Origin: an uncultured virus (IMG/VR IMGVR_UViG_3300014208_000430)
Lineage: Duplodnaviria > Heunggongvirae > Uroviricota > Caudoviricetes
IMG/VR virus record: IMGVR_UViG_3300014208_000430
Strand: one strand, 5' to 3'
Length of the DNA: 20,000 bases
Shown: piece by piece, positions 15,915 through 20,000 of the stretch
Layout: each line of letters begins with the position of its first letter
How positions within the stretch are numbered: position 1 is the first letter of the stretch
The notes under the pieces: generated by a model
Seen by the model: only the letters and a program-made list of their open reading frames with translations
The model's database searches: none
Told to the model about the DNA's origin: nothing
Program-made: the position numbers and the translations under genes

Positions 15915-16238
15915 ATGATAGAAAATAAAGAAATCCACAATGGACTGAATAATAAAGAGATAAGAGATTATCTTGGAAAGGAACTGTATAAACTACAGAT
16001 GTCCGGTGGATGGAGTAATGTAGAATTTATAGAGAAACAAATTAGAGAACTTACACAAACACTTGAACTTTGTAAACAGTATAATGCAATAAAGAAGATA
16101 ATCGAAATGAATAAATGGAAAGACTTTGATGTTTCTGAAATTACATCATATAATAGTAATTACTATCAATATTTCATAGGAACAGAAAAAGAGTTTGAAA
16201 AGTTTGAGAGTAAATACAATGAATATGTAGAGGAATAA
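15915..16238 (+). CDS. Hypothetical protein, 107 aa (start MIENKE)
   Basis: ORF track with start revised using the AAGGA SD. Confidence 0.8.
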   Translation: MIENKEIHNGLNNKEIRDYLGKELYKLQMSGGWSNVEFIEKQIRELTQTLELCKQYNAIKKIIEMNKWKDFDVSEITSYNSNYYQYFIGTEKEFEKFESKYNEYVEE

Positions 16239-16240
16239 AC

Positions 16241-16390
16241 ATGACAAAAAATAAAGACGTTACATTAACAAAATGTGATATAAAAGGATGTCTAAATCCT
16301 GCTGAACAAATAAATACACCATTATTTAGTAGTGGAATGTATTGTAGAAAACATTTTGATGAAATTAATAACGGAAAAATTGAGGAATAA
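16241..16390 (+). CDS. C-x4-C...C-x2-H zinc-finger microprotein, 49 aa
   Basis: CDIKGC...YCRKH; GAGG SD. Confidence 0.7.
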   Translation: MTKNKDVTLTKCDIKGCLNPAEQINTPLFSSGMYCRKHFDEINNGKIEE

Positions 16391-16393
16391 ACA

Positions 16394-16705
16394 ATGTCAT
16401 CAATAGTAATAGAACTAAAAAATAATTCTAAGAGGGAAAGAATAGAAGAACTTAAAAAAGATCTTCATAAATTAAATCAAGTTAGTGTCATGGATAATTT
16501 TGGTGCATATAGAGATATAATCAAATCTATCAGAGAAACCAAAGAAATTTCCAATAAAAATTGTATAGAGATGCTAAAAGATATTGCTGAACAATTAAAT
16601 AAGTGGTCAGTAGAATCAAGAGAAGGTGGATGGAGTACGCAGCAAGAAAAACCTATGATAGAATTATCTAGGGATATTTATGCATATATCGGAAGAAATA
16701 AATAA
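16394..16705 (+). CDS. Hypothetical protein, 103 aa
   Basis: ORF track; GAGG SD. Confidence 0.8.
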   Translation: MSSIVIELKNNSKRERIEELKKDLHKLNQVSVMDNFGAYRDIIKSIRETKEISNKNCIEMLKDIAEQLNKWSVESREGGWSTQQEKPMIELSRDIYAYIGRNK

Positions 16706-16804
16706 ATAACTTATTTTTTGAGTGTGTAAAAATAAACAGTGGTTTGTCTGAAGATTGTTTAACATTGTTTATTACATTAAGTTCAATAATATAAGGAGAT
16801 TATA

Positions 16805-16921
16805 ATGACAGATTTTAAATTAGTTAAAATGTATAAATGTGTGAGTTGCGGAGAAATTATAGATGAAGATTCTATATGCCTACATGAATGTAAAACGATA
16901 AAAGAGAATAAATTAAAATGA
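16805..16921 (+). CDS. CxxC...HxC zinc-finger microprotein, 38 aa
   Basis: MYKCVSCGEII...LHEC; AAGGAG SD. Confidence 0.7.
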   Translation: MTDFKLVKMYKCVSCGEIIDEDSICLHECKTIKENKLK

Positions 16922-17085
16922 GACTAATAAGATTTATTAAAAGACTCAAACGTAATTATAGAGTTCACGGAAGATGGTTTTCTATACACGGAATAATAAG
17001 AATGTCGTGGTTACAATCTAGAGAAAAGAAAATTTGTCTATGGTTTCCAACTGAAGTTATAGATTTAAGAAAGGAAAATAAGTGA
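16918..17085 (+). CDS. Basic hypothetical protein, 55 aa
   Basis: MRLIRFIKRLKRNYRVHG; 4-nt overlaps at both ends. Confidence 0.6.
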   Translation: MRLIRFIKRLKRNYRVHGRWFSIHGIIRMSWLQSREKKICLWFPTEVIDLRKENK

Positions 17086-17222
17086 AAATAGAATGTAAAT
17101 GTCACAGACATAAATGTAAAGTTGAAATCGAAGGAGAATCTGGATTCAATGGAACTATTCCAAAAGATTGTATATTAGGTTATCCTATATTTTCAAATTT
17201 TATTGAGATGAAGGAGAAATAA
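17082..17222 (+). CDS. Cys-containing microprotein, 46 aa (GTG start)
   Basis: (M)KIECKCHRHKC...; GTGA overlap. Confidence 0.6.
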   Translation: MKIECKCHRHKCKVEIEGESGFNGTIPKDCILGYPIFSNFIEMKEK

Positions 17223-17223
17223 A

Positions 17224-17511
17224 ATGAATATTTATTTAATAACACAACTTATAAATAACAAATCAGAAAGTTATAATGGAGCAATTGTTTTTGCTAAGGA
17301 TGAAGAAGAGGCAAGAAATATACATCCTAATCATAATCTTGTGTATAAAGATAATGTTGGATGGGTATATAAATTATGTTACAATATACAAGAACCTTCT
17401 GGGGATAATTCTTGGTGTAATCCAAAAGATGTTAAAGTTGAATTATTAGGAGTTGCCAATAAAGAAATAACAAGATCTCATGTCATACTTTCATCTTATG
17501 GTGGTTTATAA
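17224..17511 (+). CDS. Phage-type hypothetical protein, 95 aa
   Basis: MNIYLI...AIVFAKDEEEARNIHP pattern, which I recall from phage proteins. Confidence 0.8.
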   Translation: MNIYLITQLINNKSESYNGAIVFAKDEEEARNIHPNHNLVYKDNVGWVYKLCYNIQEPSGDNSWCNPKDVKVELLGVANKEITRSHVILSSYGGL

Positions 17512-17512
17512 A

Positions 17513-17899
17513 ATGAGAGTATTATGCTGTGGTGACAGACACTGGGAATCTTTTGAAATTATAGAAAGAGAATTAAAAAAATTGGATAAAGATACAATTA
17601 TAATTCAAGGATGTGCAGATGGTGCTGACAAAAAATGTAGATATATTGCAAGAATTCTTTATCTAAAGTTGCTATCAAGTAAAGATAATCACGATGTACT
17701 TAATAATCCAGGATTTCCAGCAAACTGGAAAAGATATGGAAGAGCAGCTGGTCTAATCAGAAACATTCAAATGTTAGATGAAGGTAATCCAGATTTAGTG
17801 TTAGCATTCCATACTAATATAGAGAATAGTAAAGGAACAAAGAACATGATAGAGCAAGCTAAGAAAAGAGGAATTAAGGTTGTGTTGATTAAGGAGTAA
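17513..17899 (+). CDS. YspA-like SLOG family protein (DUF2493)
   Basis: MRVLCCGDR, GCADGAD, ANWKRYGRAAGLIRNIQM, SKGTKNMI. Confidence 0.9.
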   Translation: MRVLCCGDRHWESFEIIERELKKLDKDTIIIQGCADGADKKCRYIARILYLKLLSSKDNHDVLNNPGFPANWKRYGRAAGLIRNIQMLDEGNPDLVLAFHTNIENSKGTKNMIEQAKKRGIKVVLIKE

Positions 17900-17905
17900 T
17901 AAATA

Positions 17906-18055
17906 ATGGTAAAATGTGGAAAATGTTGTACTATGGTAGATGCAACAAAAATATGTGATATAGTAACTGATGTTAGCGAAAGATTTAACCAATTAGATTA
18001 TACTATAAAAGAATTGTATCAATGCGATAAATGTAAAAGTGTATTTATAAGATAA
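17906..18055 (+). CDS. Zinc-ribbon microprotein, 49 aa
   Basis: MVKCGKC...YQCDKC; AAGGAG SD. Confidence 0.75.
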   Translation: MVKCGKCCTMVDATKICDIVTDVSERFNQLDYTIKELYQCDKCKSVFIR

Positions 18056-18064
18056 GGAGTATTG

Positions 18065-18991
18065 ATGGATAGTATATTAAATTACATTGGCGGAAAAAGT
18101 TTAAGTGCAAAGAAAATAGTAGAATTGATGCCAGATCATTTCTGTTATGTAGAAACAAATGCTGGAGGCTTGTGGGTATTCTTTGCAAAACCAAGAACTA
18201 AAGTCGAAATTGTTAACGACATCAACTCAAATTTGATCAACTTCTGGAGAGTCATGCAAAGACAACCAAATGAATTTATAGAAAGAAGTAAATATGAAAT
18301 GTATTCTCGTGAATTGTTTTATGAATACTATGCAGATTTTGATTCTGGAAAATTTTACAAACTTTCTGAATTAGAAAGAGCATTTAGATTTTTTTGTATG
18401 TTAAAAGAAAGCTTTGGATCAAAGTGGAACTCAGGTTGGGGCTATGGTAAGTCGAGAAATCAAGCTGATGCTTTTTTTAACGAATTTAAAATAGTTGATC
18501 AAATAGCTGAAAGATTAAAACATGTACAAATAGACAATAAAGACTTTCAATCTGTGATCGAAGATTATGATGGTGAAGAGACATTATTCTTCTGTGATCC
18601 ACCATATATAAAAGCAGATGTTGCAGCACAATATTTTAAATCTACAGATCAGAAAAAAAATATGTCTTTTACTTTACATGATCACCAAAGACTTTACACT
18701 GCTCTTACAAAGATAAAAGGTAAATTCATATTAACAATAGATGATGCACCTTTTATAAGAGATAGATATTGTGAAGGAGAACAAGGAAATAGAGGATTCT
18801 GGTGGCAAGAAAACATTGTACACTACAGTTCTGCAGCTGGTCCAGATAGAAGACATGCAACTGAACTAATAATAACAAACTATGACACCGAACCAATCAT
18901 AAAAAGTAAACAGAATGTAAAGAAAGAATCTAAAAAAGAATCAAAGAAAGAAGAACCAAAGTCAAATAGTGCAAGTTTACTTGACTTTTAA
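18065..18991 (+). CDS. Dam-like (D12 class) DNA N6-adenine methyltransferase, apparently orphan
   Basis: YIGGK, EIVNDIN, FCDPPY, ELIITNY motifs. Confidence 0.92.
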   Translation: MDSILNYIGGKSLSAKKIVELMPDHFCYVETNAGGLWVFFAKPRTKVEIVNDINSNLINFWRVMQRQPNEFIERSKYEMYSRELFYEYYADFDSGKFYKLSELERAFRFFCMLKESFGSKWNSGWGYGKSRNQADAFFNEFKIVDQIAERLKHVQIDNKDFQSVIEDYDGEETLFFCDPPYIKADVAAQYFKSTDQKKNMSFTLHDHQRLYTALTKIKGKFILTIDDAPFIRDRYCEGEQGNRGFWWQENIVHYSSAAGPDRRHATELIITNYDTEPIIKSKQNVKKESKKESKKEEPKSNSASLLDF

Positions 18992-19002
18992 AGGAGAATA
19001 AT

Positions 19003-19179
19003 ATGATAGAAATACCAGTCTTTGAAGATGCTAAATTAAAATGTGAACATAACAATCTTGTAAAAATTACACTTGAATATAATGATCGATATTTAGATGA
19101 TGGTACACACATCGAAATTGATGGCTGCGAAGAATGTGAAAATAAAATAAGGAAAGATTATGAATCTAAAAACAAGTAA
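19003..19179 (+). CDS. Hypothetical protein, 58 aa (CxH...CxxC)
   Basis: AAGGAG SD; KCEH...GCEEC. Confidence 0.7.
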   Translation: MIEIPVFEDAKLKCEHNNLVKITLEYNDRYLDDGTHIEIDGCEECENKIRKDYESKNK

Positions 19180-19288
19180 AGAAAGAGTAAAAATGTTAAA
19201 ACGAGGATTTACTGGAACAGAAATTGAGAATAAATATATAGAATTAAATGAAATAACAGTATTGAAGAATAACACACGAAAGAAATAA
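19160..19288 (+). CDS. Hypothetical protein, 42 aa
   Basis: MNLKTSKERVKMLKRGFTGTEIE; AAGGA SD. Confidence 0.55.
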   Translation: MNLKTSKERVKMLKRGFTGTEIENKYIELNEITVLKNNTRKK

Positions 19289-19338
19289 TCATAGAAACAT
19301 AAAATTTATATTTTATAATTTTTATATTACTAAAAAAA

Positions 19339-19384
19339 CGAAAACCTTATATAATACCTAAGCGTTATAAGAGTTATCCTCTTA
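19339..19384 (+). promoter_or_regulatory. BRE-TATA promoter with downstream inverted repeat
   Basis: CGAAAAC-CTTATATA; TAAGAG (19368-19373) / CTCTTA (19379-19384). Confidence 0.6.
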
Positions 19385-19417
19385 AATCAGAAAAATGCCA
19401 TAACTGAAGGTATTATT

Positions 19418-19630
19418 ATGACAAAATTAAACATTGAAATAAAAGAAAATTATCTTGATGCGATAAATATATTCAAGATAACACATAAGAATGAGATTGC
19501 ACAAGAATTTGGAAATTTAAGTCAAACTACAGCAGTTCAATATATCTTAAAAGATTATATGAATTGTAAAGGATTAAGTGACCTTTCAAAATTATTAGAT
19601 GAAAATGAAAAATCCGAGGAGAAGAAATAA
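19418..19630 (+). CDS. RHH-like DNA-binding protein, 70 aa
   Basis: MTKLNIEIKENYLDAI...SQTTAVQYIL; first gene after the promoter. Confidence 0.65.
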   Translation: MTKLNIEIKENYLDAINIFKITHKNEIAQEFGNLSQTTAVQYILKDYMNCKGLSDLSKLLDENEKSEEKK

Positions 19631-20000
19631 ATGACACAAATGAAAGTAAAATGTTCGATATGTAATAAAGAAGAAACAATTCCAAATGATACATTATATA
19701 CAGTATCAGAAATGGTAAAGAAGTATAACATGGGGTCATCTGGATTTACACATCTATTCGATGTAATGTTTGGACAATGCTTAGACGACAGCACACATAA
19801 CTTTGACTTTGACTTTACTGAAGATTTTAAGAACGAAATTTTAGCAATAGTAAATAAAGAGAAAAATATCATAATCGAATCTGAAAATGCTAAAAAGGAA
19901 TCTGATATTATAGTAAAAGAAATTATGTTGTTAAAAGAAAAACTAAAAGAAACTGAAACAAAATCTGAAAATGCTAAAAAGGAATCTGATATTATAGTAA
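19631..20000 (+). CDS. N-terminal CxxC protein with repeated coiled coil (runs off the window)
   Basis: MTQMKVKCSICNKEE...; open to the window end; SENAKKESDIIV occurs twice. Confidence 0.8.
   Translation, partial: MTQMKVKCSICNKEETIPNDTLYTVSEMVKKYNMGSSGFTHLFDVMFGQCLDDSTHNFDFDFTEDFKNEILAIVNKEKNIIIESENAKKESDIIVKEIMLLKEKLKETETKSENAKKESDIIV
19878..20000 (+). repeat. Perfect intragenic direct repeat, at least 39 bp, period 84 bp
   Basis: aatctgaaaatgctaaaaaggaatctgatattatagtaa at 19878-19916 and 19962-20000. Confidence 0.9.

Noticed and set aside
16731..16773. AATAAACAGT/ATTGTTTATT inverted repeat as a structured ncRNA
   Set aside because: Short, AT-rich and imperfect; expected by chance at this composition
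17801..19872. Minus-strand ORF-track calls in the right block (17801, 18930, 19093, 19527, 19555)
   Set aside because: Antisense to well-supported plus-strand genes
1..20000. tRNA genes or CRISPR array
   Set aside because: No GC-rich cloverleaf/T-arm or regularly spaced repeats seen by eye; intergenic gaps are filled by small ORFs. A tRNAscan run would be the formal test

Overview
Very AT-rich, gene-dense window with about 70 mostly short ORFs, roughly half of them below the ORF-track cutoff. It is organised as a long minus-strand block (1-14553) and a plus-strand block (14763-20000) that diverge from a short intergenic region. Archaeal BRE/TATA promoters, GGTGA/GGAG Shine-Dalgarno (SD) sites, many RHH regulators and numerous Cys-rich microproteins point to the accessory/early region of a large archaeal virus or extrachromosomal element. 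A methanogen/Methanosarcinales-type host is my inference; no capsid, replicase or integrase gene is visible. Recognisable genes are a bacterial-type class II CCA-adding enzyme with HD domain (cut by the window edge and missed by the ORF track), a standalone HD hydrolase, a secreted beta-propeller, a papain/transglutaminase-like Cys-His-Asp protein, DUF2227, a DEDD exonuclease, DUF3846, YspA/SLOG and a Dam-like methyltransferase. The most unusual observation is three intact ORFs with an ACG codon exactly where the start codon should be behind an SD, suggesting non-canonical initiation or RNA editing. There is also a candidate -1 frameshift RHH gene, and each of the four detected transcription units begins with its own small DNA-binding gene.
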